64,000 nucleotides of DNA from Tubulanus polymorphus (lineage: Eukaryota; Animalia; Nemertea). Under the pieces are notes generated by a model. It was given only the letters and a program-made list of their open reading frames with translations, was not told the DNA's origin and made no database searches. The translations under genes were made by a program, and so were the position numbers. The stretch spans positions 12,323,263 to 12,387,262 of the forward strand of contig NC_134028.1 of NCBI RefSeq assembly GCF_964204645.1. Reading direction: 5' to 3'. Positions 1-13,894 of the stretch are shown here, piece after piece (position 1 is the stretch's first letter; every line of letters begins with the position of its first letter).

Positions 1-910
1 CCGTAGAATATCTGAAAGTGCGATTAGTCGTTCCCGGAAAGTTTTTCAAAGAATCAGATGTTATTATAAATTCTATGCAGAATAGTGCTGATATCTCATT
101 AAACATGAACAACTCAGACAAAGACAGCTACAAACGAAATGTAAGTTATTTATTTTAGCCAATGAATTAACAAAGCGAAGTGTAATATAACAAATCCATT
201 TTTATTTTAGGTCCACGATTCTTTCATCGAGGCTCTCATACAAAATATCAACGAGCGGTTTCCTAACACCGGTGTGATGCAGGCATTTTCAGTTTTTCAA
301 GTTGATGAAACCTTCCCGAAAACGCTAGCCGATGCTGAAATAAATGAACATGGAGTTGACAAAATAGATGTTAGTGAATTAGCATTTTGAGCTACTGCTC
401 ATTTTATAATTATGTTTCATAATCACATTTTGTTCTCATTGCAGATCTTAATTGATCATTATTCTGAAGGTTTGGGTTTGTCCAGGGACCAGACATTAGC
501 CGAATGGTCGTCATGTCGCACTTTCATGATTAGGGAACCCAACAGATACTGTTCAACTGCTGCAACCCTTAAGAATTTTAGTAAATCGAATGCTTATCCT
601 AACCTCGCCAAACTAGCGGGCGCAGGCTTAGTGATTCCTGTTTCAACTGCCAGTAAATATTTTTTGATTAGACCTCGGAATGAATAAATTAACATGTGAA
701 TTTTAAATTATTTTCGTCTCCTTTTAGACTGTGAGCGCGGGTTCAGCAAATTAAACGAATTAAGACAAGATTAAGGAATAGACTGTCCCAAAAAACATTA
801 AACGCTTTAATGATGGCATCTATTGAGGGACCAGATGTTGGGGAATTCCCATATGTTTAGGCAGCAAAACTTTGGAATCAAATCAGAAATCGGAAAATTC
901 AATTAGATTT
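1..910 (+). pseudogene. 3' part of an intron-containing hAT (ZNF862-like) transposase
   Basis: Exons with GT-AG ends at about <1-140, 211-369, 444-652 and 729-905. Splicing joins LVIPVSTA to DCERGFS...RNRLSQKTLNALM, the hAT dimerisation motif. Frameshift in the last exon. Confidence 0.8.
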
Positions 911-1791
911 TGATAAAATACTTACTACATGTACTTCAGTAGATTCAGAATCCACCAGTGAAGATGAAGCTTAAATGACTGTGAAATAATTGAAAGATAT
1001 GTTTGCTCGTTTGACTTAATAAAATCTATGTGACACAAGTTAGACTGGTACCAGTCTCCATCTTGACAGGCAACCAGTCTAGTGACACGGTGTAACCTTT
1101 TCAATAAACGTAAGTTTTTGTTGACTGCTAACCATTGATATTGTGTCATTTATATCTAGTAGGATTTTCTTTGATCTGAGATTTATCAGTAAAGGTAACA
1201 CATCAAAAAAGTGATATGTAGCGATATAGTCAGCCTCAGCGTGAGTGTGATAATGTATTCATATCCCTGGCCAAAAGCCAAGTACCTGGTTTCCTGGAAA
1301 ACTAAAACTAGGCCACGTGTTGAGGCATGTTCTTCACACTACACGCCGCGCTGCCTCGGTGCTGTTGCTTGAAAAGTATGTCCTATTTGATTTCATCAAA
1401 ATAGTTTTTACACTTAGAAATTGTCGCGCTTTTCTTTCTAAAAAATTGCATGTAAGTTTTTGTTCATGCATTCATTCTCTCCGGTGCGTAGGTCGTCGTC
1501 AGTTTCTCTAAAAATAGACAACATCATAGTAACTGAGCCACTCGCCCAGTCTTTCGTCGGTAGATTTATTGTGATATTTTTGGCGTCCAGCATTAAAATC
1601 ATCTGTGACTTTTCACGAAATTCCAGTGTGGTTTTCTGTCTCAGACACTATGAGGGGGCGTTAAATTAAAAAATTTTCTTGGGGGAGGACCCACAAACCC
1701 CCCGCATTGGCTTCGCACCTTCGGTGCTCGCCAGAGAGGATAATATTGAATACTCCCGCCCTGCTATAAATTTTTCCTGTGGAGAACACTG
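1..1791 (+). mobile_element. Right part of a hAT DNA transposon, ending in a TIR
   Basis: Transposase remnant followed by subterminal GGGGGAGGACCC...CCCCCC and the end ...CCTGTGGAGAACACTG (reverse complement CAGTGTTCTCC, a hAT-type terminus) at 1791. Confidence 0.65.
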
Positions 1792-1840
1792 ATGCACGTT
1801 ACACCGTCATACAACTCGGCGATAATTTCGGTCTAACTGT

Positions 1841-2990
1841 AACAAGAGGCCCATAGGCCTTGTACCTTCATGACACAGTGGAAGAAGAATGATTCAGTAT
1901 TCAAAGTTTTACAGAAAGATTTACATCGTAACGATGTAACAAGTTTTAAAATGGTTAAGATGGTATAGGCTATGTGGCGATAATTTTCATTTTCTGTTAA
2001 TATATCCTTACATGAAAAGACAAGCCCATTTTAGCTGCCCTGCAAAGATCACACTACATGAAAAAATGCATCAAGAATTGGTGTAGGTATCGAGCTGAGA
2101 AGAAATCCAAGATGGATGGCAATCCTGGTGGCCATACTTGAACTCAATTTTCAATAAGGGATGAGACATTTCAACTACCAAAATTCTTACTCCTAGTATC
2201 ATGAAAATGCATCAAGAATTGCAGGCTGTTTTGTGCTAGAAATTCGAGATGGCTAACCTGGCAGCCATATTTTAAAGCGGATGACCTCCATATACAAAAG
2301 GCATGGACAGCTTACCTACCCTGATCCTCACACCAAATTTTGTCGAAATCCATCAAGAATTGCGGGCTGCAATCATGCAAACAAGAAATTCGAGATGACC
2401 ACCCAAATGCCAGCCATATTTGATCACCAATGACATTTTCTACAATAGGGGTGGACATCTCGCCAGACCCAATCTTCAAGCTTATTTTTAATAAGATTCA
2501 TCGCAAATTACAGGCGAATTACTGTGTCGAATTCAATTCAATTCCAGAGGGCCTGGCTTAGGCCTATGCAATTTACACGACTAAATGCCGACATGCTGGT
2601 TATAGCTCTCTCATGTCATAGGACGGCCATCTTGAATCAAATCGACCCACTTTTTCTCATGTTGATGGGCCATTGGTAGATTCAAATATAAACTAAAGAT
2701 CAAGGTAATTGATCAGTGTCTTTTGAAAATTTCCTCGAAAACTTCGAAAATGCATAAAAAGTGCTGATTTTGGCGAACAACAATGGCTGCCAGTCGGCCA
2801 TCTTGATTCTGATAGGACCACTTTTTGGGCTGAAGATGTGTCTAGGGTAGATACATGTATAAACCAAATATCAAGACATTACCTTGAAGCATCTTCAAAA
2901 CTTCCCAAAATAACTGGATTCCGTCTACGGACGGACAGACGAAAAGTGAACGCAATAGCCCGCTGGGACTAAAGTCCCAAGTGGGCTAAA
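1841..2990 (+). mobile_element. Non-autonomous Helentron/HINE-like repeat
   Basis: Starts AACAAGAG, has internal AAGATGGC..GCCAT repeats, a GGAC/AGAC microsatellite and a 3' hairpin AGCCCGCTGGGACT-AA-AGTCCCAAGTGGGCT. Its 3' part recurs at ~9760-10050. Confidence 0.55.
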
Positions 2991-5900
2991 AATACTATGA
3001 GCAGTACCAAGTAAAAAACAACTAGGAGTCCAGGGACACCTTGCCCACGTGGTTTCAAATGCTCAACAATCTCACAATTTCAATATTCAACGCCCTCTGG
3101 TGACCATATACAAAAACCAATGACCTTGTAACTCAATACAATCATAAAACATGTCAGCAGCTACGATTTTGTAATTGATTGTGATAACAAAAATTGTCTC
3201 GTTACCAATTTAATATGGAAATACTAAGTTATTGCTAAGCCCCCTGGTGACCATATTCAAAACCCAACGACCTTTTTACTCACCATATTCACAGAACATG
3301 TCTTGAACTACAACTTTGCAATTGATCATGGTAACAAAATATGCCTAGGTACCAATATAATAAGGAAATACCAGGTTATTCTACTCAGACCTGCCTACCC
3401 AGAATTTTTGCTGCCAGTAGTTTCAGTAGTAATAGGGCCAGTCAGAGAGTAGTTTTTTGCCATTTTTCCTAGATCGTATTCAGACTCTTCTAAGAGTAAT
3501 TTTGACTTCTGCTTTTCTGTCAAAATCGTAGTTTTCACTTCCTCAGAGTACTTTTAAAATGTCTACATTGTCACAGAATAATAAATGAAGTAAAACAATC
3601 TTCTAATCATAAGTTTTTCTTTTATTCTAATCTAAACTGTTATGAAGTGATCATATAAATGCAAAAATAAGGAACACATTTTTTCATTAAACTAAACTAA
3701 CCAGAATCTTATTGAGATTGACACCAACAGTTATCTCTAATGTAGTTAATTTTTCAAAGAATGAGAGTATGCATGCTTTAATTCATCAAGATGACTATCT
3801 GTGCAAGCAATTTCACTTGGATTGGATTTCAACACTAACAATGCTTCAAGCATTTTGTCTTCCAAACAAAATCTCTGATCAGTACGATTTTTTCTCACAC
3901 ATGAGAAAATCTGTTCACAATGTGCACTTGAATGAGGTATGCTCAGAATGCTGCACATTACAGAACTCAAATTCTTGAATAAGCCCTATCAAACTCTTCA
4001 ACTGCGCCAATTTGTGACCACACACTATCTAATCTCGGCTTTCTAGATACATTTATCGTCGCAATAAGCTCACCATCATGAACATATTCATTAAATTGTT
4101 TAGTGACTTAGTCTTTCAGTCTATCATTACAAACAATTTCATACATTTCAAGGTAAGAAAACAAGTCTTCTGATTTCACCGACTTTCTGAAGGGCTGGAT
4201 TTTTGGCATACAGTTGAAGCATGCATGTTGCTAGTTCTGAATAAATGTCATCTTCATATAATCCAACCTTTTGCCACACTTTCTCAATTCTAGAATTGGT
4301 CAATTCTTTTGTAAGATGGCGGAAATCAGTTACTTGGTACAAACAAAATTCCTCCAGAATAGTTTCTTTGGCAACACCATGTGGTATGATACACGGAAAC
4401 CTATCTATAAAGAATTCAAGATGACTTTGAGGAACACTTTCTTCCAACGATATGTCAGCAACCTCACAGCAGTGAAGCAACTTATCAGATACAGGGAGTT
4501 TATCCAACATATAGTCCAGCAGACTTGTATAGTATTTGACTATGTTGGCGTAGAACTCCGTGATCCTTGTGTCCTTCAAATAGTTTTTGTCTTTATCTTT
4601 GATAAATGACTGTGCATCATCACCTATCATGATCAAATGATTTGGCTTTCTGTTGTAATTCAACTTATACTGAACCTTATCAAAAGTAAATCCTACCAGT
4701 GCAGACGGTTTTAAAAATCGTTGTTGGATTTTTCCAATTAAGGCTTTGATAGACCTCCCTCAAGAGATGAATTTTTGGTTCCTGGGACTTCAAATTTAGT
4801 AGTATGTCATCAAAGACATGTACTGCGTAATTAAGAAAAAGGCAATACAACTTATTAGTAGGCGACCTGAAGAATTCACAGAGTGATTGGCTCTTTGCTT
4901 TAGCATAAGCTTGGTTACGTCTATTATCAACAGCTTTTGAAGCTTTTTCTTGGTTGAAAAACTTTTTCAAAGGTTCCCAATTGTAAATCAACCTTTCAAT
5001 GCACCTGAAAAGTATATGTAACACATAACGATTATCTTTAAATATTGAATTACAACTTTTTACCTAGAAATAGATAAATCTTAATTTACCATTTAAACTA
5101 ACAGTTATATATATAGTTACATAATCACTTTCCAATGCTTAGCCACCTTGTTTGACCATGTTCAAGAACAGGTTTTGGTGCAAGTCCACATTCTGTAGTA
5201 AGAGATGCAAGTTCCGACTGCCTTTTATCACTCTTTTTCAAATAATTAAAGACATCAACTAATATATCATCAATACCAGGTAGGTGTGCATTAGCAGCTT
5301 TCCGTGCTGCAATATGGACCAAATGCAACACACAGCCTGACAGGTAAATATCAGGATTTTTCTTCTTGGCTAAAGCAAACCAAACCATTCTTATCGCCCA
5401 CATTCACATTCGTATTGTCTAATCCCAATGCAAGACAGTTTTCCCACTTAATGTTGTTTCTACTGAGCTCACTGTCTAAAAGTTTAAAAATATTTTCACC
5501 TGAAATTAAACCGAAAGTAAGTATATAGTTAGGTTAGTTTAACATCTATTTCATGAAGATGAATCAATGTATTTCCCTATTCAAAACAAATTCAGAAACA
5601 AAACTTACCAGTTGATCTGCCATCAATAGTTGGTACAGATGGGAGCTCCGAATCCACATTCTTCGTTATACCATTAAACAGCCTAACAACAATGGGTTAC
5701 TGCTTTCCATGGTTGTCATCATTGCTACCATCAGTTGATAGTGTAAATGGTTGTGTTCTTAGTCGTCTGATAATTGACTGCTGAACTACTATTGCTGATT
5801 TTTTCATGACGACCGTGTTTTTACTACGTCCACAGCTGTAACCTGAAATGGGTAATCTTATAATTGAAATAACAAATAAATTCGAAAGTGGAATAAAAAT

Positions 5901-6284
5901 TGAGTGGAAGACCAGTGTAAAATAGAATGTCAACTCCCACACCCTCCCAGTGTGACATAAGGCCAAAAAAAAATATAAGAACCTTCACCAACAAGTAAAT
6001 AAATTGCCCATGGGCAAAGTGTGGTTTACCTTGAAAGCTAGAGGTTGTTTGGAGTAAGGGCATTGCTTGAAAAATCTTTTTAATTCGTGACTTCAAAGAT
6101 CCACAGTTTATATTGTATTTTATCTTTCCTAAAGAATTATTTTGTAGTCAAATAAGACCAAAGATATACATTTGTTTGCGGTCCACGTCTAAAAGTTTGT
6201 AGGGTACAGGTAGGCACGGCAGGGAAACTATTTTATATTTTCAAAAAAATATGTTTAATATGATATGAAAAAATATTCAAATAA

Positions 6285-6852
6285 GGCCATCCCAAAATAA
6301 TTGTCTGTTTGCTGCAACACCGACTCAACTTTTCAGGATGAGTCGGTAGGTAGGTAGAATTTTTTTTTTGCAAAATTTTTGGGCAAAAAAAAAACAAATT
6401 TTTCACCTTTGGGCTTTTTTACATGGAAACAATATCGCAAAAAATCATCTACGTTGCGCACAGGAAATTTGTCTAATAGCGTAGATTTCAAGAATTATTC
6501 TAAAATTATAACTTCGTCCAGAGCGTCATCTCTGTCTTAAAAATGAAACGGTACATTGAATATGTGCGCGCTTTCACGTTACCAGCTATTCAGTCACTTT
6601 AGTCACTATTAGAATGAATGGCAGCTTATTGGAACACTGCCAGTTTCCTGGAAACTTAAACTAGGCCACATGTCAAGGCATGTTTTCACACCATGCACAC
6701 TAGAATTCAAACATACGTAGCTCATAGTCGGTCGGCTGTTTTTATCAAAAATAAAATTTATTTCAATGAATCCTAGAAAAAAGTTTTCACTCGGTACCTC
6801 TGAAGTCAGGTTGGTCGGGTTACGGCAAACAGACCATTATTTTGGGATGGCC
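6285..6852. mobile_element. MITE (Zator/Harbinger-like) nested in the previous element
   Basis: Imperfect ~45-bp TIRs GGCCATCCCAAAATAA.TGTCTGTTTGC and GCAAACAGACCATTATTTTGGGATGGCC, with TAA target duplication. Confidence 0.75.
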
Positions 6853-7177
6853 TAAAATTCATCACATATCAGAGGGTGGCTGAATATTGGGTCTTGGAAA
6901 CCTCTTCCAATGTTGGCCACGGAAGCTAAAATATCGGTGGTACAGAAGAAATCGGCTATTAGATCGTTTTAAGTCCTGGAATTTACCACTACAATATTCA
7001 GACCTCGACAGACCTTTTAGTTTGCTGCTTAGTATTTTCAGGTCACAAGAAATTACAATTTATTACAAATTCTATCGAACAGAAAACACAGCGCTCATCT
7101 TCTGCTATGATTATTCAGCCTATTTTCATATCAAACGTTCACGCGTTACAGCATCACCGTAGTGTACTGTACGAGCT

Positions 7178-7201
7178 TGTGTGTGTGTGTGTGTGTGTGT
7201 G
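7178..7201. repeat. (GT)n microsatellite
   Basis: Seen directly. Confidence 0.95.
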
Positions 7202-10200
7202 GTGTAGCACTCCGCGTGCATGTGGAGGCCTCGTGTAAGTGAATATTCGCTTACACCTCAATGTCAATCAAAACAATCACCGGGTATTAAAATGAAACAA
7301 TACCTATGGCAGATGAGTGAAATAATTACATCCTCACCAGCAATGAGCATTTGAAATCGGCACGTATACGGCACCTAGTCCAATGAAACGTACACATTCT
7401 ATGGCTTTCCCATAATTTTAGTAGCGCCGGAATTCCCCGTATATCCAAAAAACAATCCCATTTGTTCGTAGAGACAACGCCCCCCCAATCGAGGTCATTG
7501 CAATTTTATACGCGAGAGCTAAGAATTTTCCCGCCAAAAACAGTTTTTCGTAGAATTTTAACTCAGTTGACCATGTCATCGACGGAGGTTCGCCATGTCT
7601 TCAATCGCATCGATTATACGTCTTTTAAGCCAAGAACCAATGAAACAAATGCTCACATAAAAAAACGTACCGCGATTTTACATGAATTGGCTCAATGCCA
7701 ACATCATATCGCTGACAAAGGTAAACCAAAAACATACATATTAATTCAAGAATTTTTTGATGCGTTACTTGGTAATTATAAATCATCATAACCCTTGTTT
7801 CCCTCTCATCAGTATCAAAATTTTGAAGCTGAAGAAATGTGTAAAACTATGATGTATCATACCTAGGTCTCCAAATGTTTACAAAAAAATATCTTAGTTA
7901 TCAATAGGACTATTTATTGCCTGTTGAATCAGAGACTCCAACACTGTAAAAAATATGTCTTATTACAATTCAACAGAGACTAGACAACAGACATGTCCAA
8001 TGATTTATGATAGCATTTGGAGTGAAATTTTGCAACAGGTTCAATTTATGTTCGATAGATGGCGCTAGTAGTAGCTCAACTGTCAAATACAGTCATGTTA
8101 ACTCACATGGCAGTCACATTCCGATAATAATCCCTAAATTTCAAGACATAAAGATTGCAATCCAAACTTCTAAAGGCAATCTTCATGTTAAATATCGATT
8201 TTGGAAAAGTTTTATCGATGACTTTTATATGTTTTGCGCATTTTCCGGATGTTAGAACATGAAAAACGGTTACTCCAAAATTTTTGATGACGAAGTCACT
8301 AAAATAAAATGACTCGGCGGTAATTTATTTGAATCGGTCGGGAGACCGTAACCACACATATATTTTGTTTTGGCCTAATATTACGTACAATCCTTTTAAT
8401 TTATTATCATGTTGTTTATCATTGAATAGTAAGTATGCCTACCATACCAAAACATCTTGTTTTTCTGGCACTTACCTTGTGCAATCTTTGAATCAGGGAA
8501 AATCTCTTTGAAGTGCTTGGTTAATCGTGTTGCAGTATTCAACGGCAAGTTCAACTCGGCGATTAGCTCAGATGTTTTTGCTTCAGCTTTAGTAATATTT
8601 CGTTTTAAAGCAATTTCAGATGTTTCTTTCGTTTCAGTAAACAATGTTTGGATTGAAGGTGTTTTTGACAGTGCTTTCGTCAAATCCTTGTCTCCTTGTG
8701 TTTCTATGTGCCTACGACAATTCGACTGCCCGCCATGAGAGAACGATATATTAATATTGCACGTCGAACAGTATGCGAAACATTCTCCCTTTACAGACGG
8801 TTTTAAACAAGGCCACTTTTCAGAATAGAAGTCGATAAACCGTTGATTCGATTTCTTTGTAGCGGGCGATGAATCGACGTCATTATCATTACCCGCGCTG
8901 ACACGCTTAGGCATTTTTATTCCCGCCCACACTGCGAACAGAACAATGGCTGCAGCGCAAAGGACTGTGGGTGAACTTAGTCTCGGCAATGTTTGCGTTC
9001 GAATCCCACACAAAAGTTTTATCGCATGACATAAAAATTAATTTTTACCCATGCTTATTTTGTCTACTAGGCCCCTATAGCAATTATTTTTTTCTCCCTG
9101 ATTTATCGGGTTATTTAATCACCCGATGCCTCCACATTTGTATAGCGTACGGCCACGCCGCCAACAAGTAGGCCTAACAGCGCGCAGCATTGCAACGCTT
9201 TATGTACTAGTATATTCCAGCTCTGTAATCAGTGCCGCGCGTAGGAGTGTACTCGAGACTAATACATAGAAGAGGCGCGCTAATCGATAAAGTCAAACTA
9301 CTACATCGCTGTAAAAGCCTTTAATGTATTGGCCGTAAAATACAATGATTTTTCGCATCGGAATCGTAATTTTCTTTTAGAGAGATCATCGCTCGTATTA
9401 TGGCTACCAGAAATCACCGATCATTGTATTTTTAGATGATAGTGATGAAAATCGTATTTTCCAAAGTCAGGTCGTAGCGTCGTAATGAGGCATGAATTAC
9501 CAAAGAAACTACGGCGATATCGTAGGGGTAGGCAGGTCTGTACTTTTCAACGCCCCCTGGTGACCATATAGAATGTCCTTAAAACTAATGTCCTTAAAAC
9601 TCACCACAATCATAGATGATGTCATGAGCTACAACTTTGCAATTGATTGTGGTAACAAAATATGTATTGGTACAAATATAATATAGAAAACCAGTAGGAA
9701 GCTACAGGACCTAGAATTCCGGCCAAAATTGACATTTTTGGAGACTAAAAAGGTCATATGACGGCCATCTTGAGTCAGATGGACCCAATTTTTCTTATGC
9801 TGATGGGCCCTTGGTAGATTCAAATATAATCGAAAGATCAAGGTAATTGATCAAAGCGTCTTCAAAATTTCCCTCGTAAACTTCGAAAATGTGTAAAAAG
9901 TGCTGATTTTAGCGAACAACAATGGCTGCCAGTCGGCCATCTTGATTCTGACAGGGCCAGTTTTTGGGCTGAAGATGTGTCTGAACGGATGGACGACGGA
10001 TGAAAAGTGAACGCAATAGCCCGCTGGGACTAAAGTCCCAAGTGGGCTTAAAAGGATAAAAATATCAATAAATGATCTTTTATCTTTTTTTCAGTAATAT
10101 GGATACTGGCCATGCTTTGAAGATTCTTGGCAAAATCAACACTACACTACTATTCATTCAGAACATGATTCCATTGCTAACCTGTGTTCAACCAAGAGTT

Positions 10201-10319
10201 TAAAATCGCCATTCGTAGACTAATAAAATCAAACAGTGACAGAGCAAAAAGTTTACATCGCATCGGAAATCAATTAGAATACGAAGACTGGTTAGAAAAA
10301 GAATTCAAACTTCCACCAC

Positions 10320-11672
10320 TAAAATTCATTAAGCAAATAATATATATAATTGGTACATTTAAATCAATTTGCAATAGGAGCCTATAGACCTGACTGACAG
10401 GCCTTGACAATCATGTCTGATTCATTTCAAAAATTATGTAGTGAAAAAAATAATTTCATCTGAAATCATATCAATATTTCTCAATATTTGAGTGATGCGC
10501 GTTTTTACTACGCGTTTTGACATCGCGTAGTAAAATCATTCATAAAACCTGTCTATCAATGCAAATGAGCTAAAATCTTTTTGAATCAACCAATAAGATC
10601 GATCTTTATCACTTGGGGGTTGGTTTAGTGTTTTAATCCGCATTTTAGTCGAAGAAAATAGAAATCGAAATATACCCTTTTTCAAGAGCAAAATTCGTCA
10701 GCTTAGGACCCAGAATAAGCGAGGAATCAAGAATCGGAAGGTTTAGGATCTTGAATTTCAAATACTGAAGACCGCATGATTTTATTTCGTGTCGGGGCTG
10801 AGCGATCGCTGCCGGAACAGTCGATTTCTAAGTTTTACGTTGCAGCAAGCGATACAAAATGGCGGCCGGCACTTGTTATTGAATGTCGACGCGCCGCGCT
10901 GCTCGTGATGAGATCAATATTCAACAATTATTCATCGGTCTAGTGGTGAATTATTGTATTTATTTTCCGATTCATAATTATTCATCACTATATTTCTGAA
11001 TATCAGGACAGATTTAGCGAAATGATCGGCAATCAATTTTTTTTGCTCCCGGATCGCCTCTACGCTCCCGTCGGTAAAGCGGCTGTTGAAAATTCAATCG
11101 CCGGAGATGCGTTTTGGGGCCATTTCACGGTCTCATTCACAGAAGCATGAGAAGCCGTGAGCCAACCACCTAGTACAGAGAATATTGATCAGGGAGGCGT
11201 CTAATGGGATGAATTGAGGCTTGTGACGGGCAAAAATAGAGGCACGTGATGGGACAGTGAGGCTCCCGAGGGGATTTTCCAAAAGCAGCAAAATTGAAAT
11301 ATATATAAAATATTGTTGAAGTTTAGCTCAAAACAAAACAAATGGATTATTATTTAGGCCTACTTATTATTAGTAGTATTATTACTATTGCTTGGTTTAT
11401 GTTTCTAAACTGATTGATTTTATTGTGATATCATGAATATATTTCAAATTTCAGCGTTTTGAGCTAGGCCAAGCCTAATTTTCTGCTTTTCTTAACTAAA
11501 ATTCATTTAGCAAATAATATATAAAATGGGTATATTTAAATCAATTTGCAATAGGAGCCTATGGCTACAGACCTAACTGACAGGCCTTGATTATCATGTC
11601 TGATTCATTTCAAAAATTATGTAGTGAAAAAAATAATTTCATCTGAAATCATATCAATATTTCTCAATATTT
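10320..11672. repeat. ~170-bp direct repeat pair (10320-10489 and 11497-11672)
   Basis: Near-identical AAAATTCATT...GCAATAGGAGCCTAT...CAATATTTCTCAATATTT at both positions. Confidence 0.85.
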
Positions 11673-12016
11673 CACATTTTTTCTTGCCGTTACCATGGAA
11701 ACCTAATCATAATAATCTATATAATAATAGATATTCCTAGATAAACTTAGGGCAAACATAAACTATTGATAACTAGTTATTCTATCCCCTTTCTACATCA
11801 TAACTTTTGATCTAACATCGATATTTTCATTATTTTACCATTTTTCGGCTGGTTTCCATGGAAACCATAGGCATTTGGAATCAGATAAAAATTTTGGGTC
11901 TTCTTCTTCTTCTTCCGATATCTGTCAACATCAACTGGTTGATGAAACACAGTGTATAGGTGTGCGCAAATAAATATATAGGCCTACAGACATTACTAAT
12001 AAATTTAGTATTAATA

Positions 12017-12022
12017 TAGGCC

Positions 12023-12061
<39 letters not shown>

Positions 12062-13894
12062 GAGTTTTTAAGCTAAGCGGTGTGGGAGAGAAGAGTCTTA
12101 AAGGCTTCGATACTCTACGCTGACACAGTATCTGCAGGTAGAGCGTTCCAATCCCTGACTGTTCTGGTATAGAAGGATTGTCGTTTGATTTCAGTACGGG
12201 AGAACTTGACTTGGAAAGCTTTCGAGTGCGATTCTCTAGTTTTACGGACAGGTGGAACCAGGCGTGTGCTCGTATCAACCAAAGTTTGTTCGTTGGCGAG
12301 TTTATAGGCCTACAATAGTGTGAGTCTGGCCTATCTTCTTCTTTCCTGTAGTGACTGCCACTGTAGGTGGGACAACATATCTGTTACACTGGATCTATTG
12401 TGGTGACGATTTGTGACATATCTTGCAGCTCGATGTTGGATCATCTCCAATCGGTGTATGTCAGTCTGGAGATATGGGTCCCAGACACTACTCGCATATT
12501 CTACTATGGGTCTGACCAGTGATCTGTAAGCTGTGTCCTTCACATGTATCGAGTTTATGTTAACATTCCTTTTCAGAAATCCAATCGTTCGATTTGCCTT
12601 TTTGCAAAGTTCTTCAATATGAGGTTTCCATTTTAAATTGTTGGTGATGGTTACACCTGGGTACTTTGCTGTCTGTACATGTGATAGGATATGACCTCGG
12701 AGCTTATAGGTGTATTTGTAGGGACGTCCTCTTGTGATACTGAGGACATGGCACTTGTCTGTGTTGAATTCCATGTTCCATTTAGTTTCCCATTCAGTGA
12801 GGAGATCGAGGTCGTGTTGCAGCACTTCTGCGTGTTTCTGTGAAGAGACAACTAGGTAGGCAATGGTGTCATCAACAAAAAGTCGTATTTTAGATGTTAT
12901 ATTCAGCGGTATGTCATTTATGTAGAAGAGGAATAGACTTGGGCCTAAAACCGATCCTTGTGGAACTCCTGATTCAACATCCACTGTTTCAGATGACTCT
13001 CCTTCAATAACGACTGCCTGTTTTCTTCCTGAAAGGAATGCCTCAATCCATGCATTTGTTTTGCCGGAGACCCCATAGTGGTCATGTTTGTGTACGAGTA
13101 GCTGGTGGCTGACTTTATCGAAGGCTTTACTGAAATCCATCACAATGCAGTCCGTTTGTTTTCTGTTGTCTATGTTGGATGTTACATCATCAATAAATTC
13201 TGCCAGTTGTGTTTCACAGGAGAGGCCTCTACGAAAACCATGTTGAAGTGGGTAGAGGATTCCTTGTCGCTCTCCGTGGTTCATGATGTTAGAGGTGATG
13301 ATATGTTCCATCATTTTACAACAGACACATGTTAATGATATCGGGCGATAGTTGATTGCATTAAATTTATCACCTTTTTTATAAACTGGGGTGACATTTG
13401 CATTCCGCCAGTCCTCCAGTACTTCCGAGTTATTGTAGGATCTTTGATATATTAATGTGAGAATGGGGGCTACATCTGTGGCAAGTTCTTTCAGGATCCG
13501 AGGTTTGATGTTATCTGGTCCAGCTGCTTTCCCTGGTTTTAAATTTTTTAACAACTGCTCCACTCCTCGAGTTTGTATGTTTATATCCCCCATTTTTGGA
13601 TAGATTCCATCCATTTTAACTTTGGCTTGGATTTCCTCTTTAGTCATGCAACTCTGTTTTGTGAAGGCAGACTTGAATTGTTGGTTGAGGATGTTGGCTT
13701 TATCCTTGGCTGTGTTGTACAGATTGCCATTATTTCTAAGTGGGGGAATGTTTCCCGTTGACCTGCAGTGTTTGACATAGGTCCAAATGCGTTTAAGTCC
13801 TCCAATTTTCCGTGGGGTCTGTTTTACAAAATTTGGTTGGATGTCAATTTCGCAGAACACAACATCATGGTCCGAGATTCCAGGTAGGCCTAAT
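12017..13894 (-). mobile_element. 5'-truncated non-LTR retrotransposon (CR1/L2-like LINE)
   Basis: RT ORF, (ATT)n 3' tail at ~12024-12061, and 10-bp direct repeat TAGGCCTAAT at 12017 and 13885 as probable TSD. Confidence 0.85.
12331..13860 (-). pseudogene. LINE ORF2 reverse transcriptase remnant
   Basis: NYRPISLT, QHGFR, DFSKAFDKV, GVPQGSVLGP, LFVDD (FADD variant). Endonuclease tail PGISDHDVV lies just upstream, followed by an apparent internal deletion. Premature stop at the C-terminus. Confidence 0.9.

Larger units (their letters stand above)
5961..8375. mobile_element. Non-autonomous TIR element (Zator/Harbinger-like) in the first transposase intron
   Basis: Ends GGCCAAAAAAAAATA and TATTTTGTTTTGGCC, with TAA on both flanks. 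Confidence 0.55.
3746..8914 (-). pseudogene. Spliced hAT transposase with N-terminal BED-like zinc finger
   Basis: Exons about 8914-8476, 5842-5609, 5499-5129 and 5004-3746 with GT-AG ends. Motifs AYCSTC..., STDGSND (catalytic D), GCVLHLVH (CxxH), TRWLS and SIPHSSAHCEQIFS. Frameshifts and a ~260-bp insertion near 3975-4230. Confidence 0.85.
3386..9540 (-). mobile_element. Full-length degenerate hAT-type DNA transposon
   Basis: Perfect 15-bp TIRs CAGACCTGCCTACCC (3386) and GGGTAGGCAGGTCTG (9540), TACT on both flanks, internal transposase gene. Confidence 0.85.
3017..10050 (+). mobile_element. Second HINE-like repeat, split by a hAT insertion (parts 3017-3385 and 9541-10050)
   Basis: Internal CAACGCCCCCTGGTGACCATA units continue on both sides of the hAT element. 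Same 3' hairpin as the 1841-2990 copy. Confidence 0.55.

Noticed and set aside
10184-10387. Short ORFs in host DNA (also 7462-7791, 8007-8255, 16719-17264, 53368-53810) as host genes
   Set aside because: No recognisable domains or splice structure, and they lie in or between repeats.
11931-12278. ORF with a poly-isoleucine tract
   Set aside because: Translation of the LINE (ATT)n tail and degenerate 3' end.
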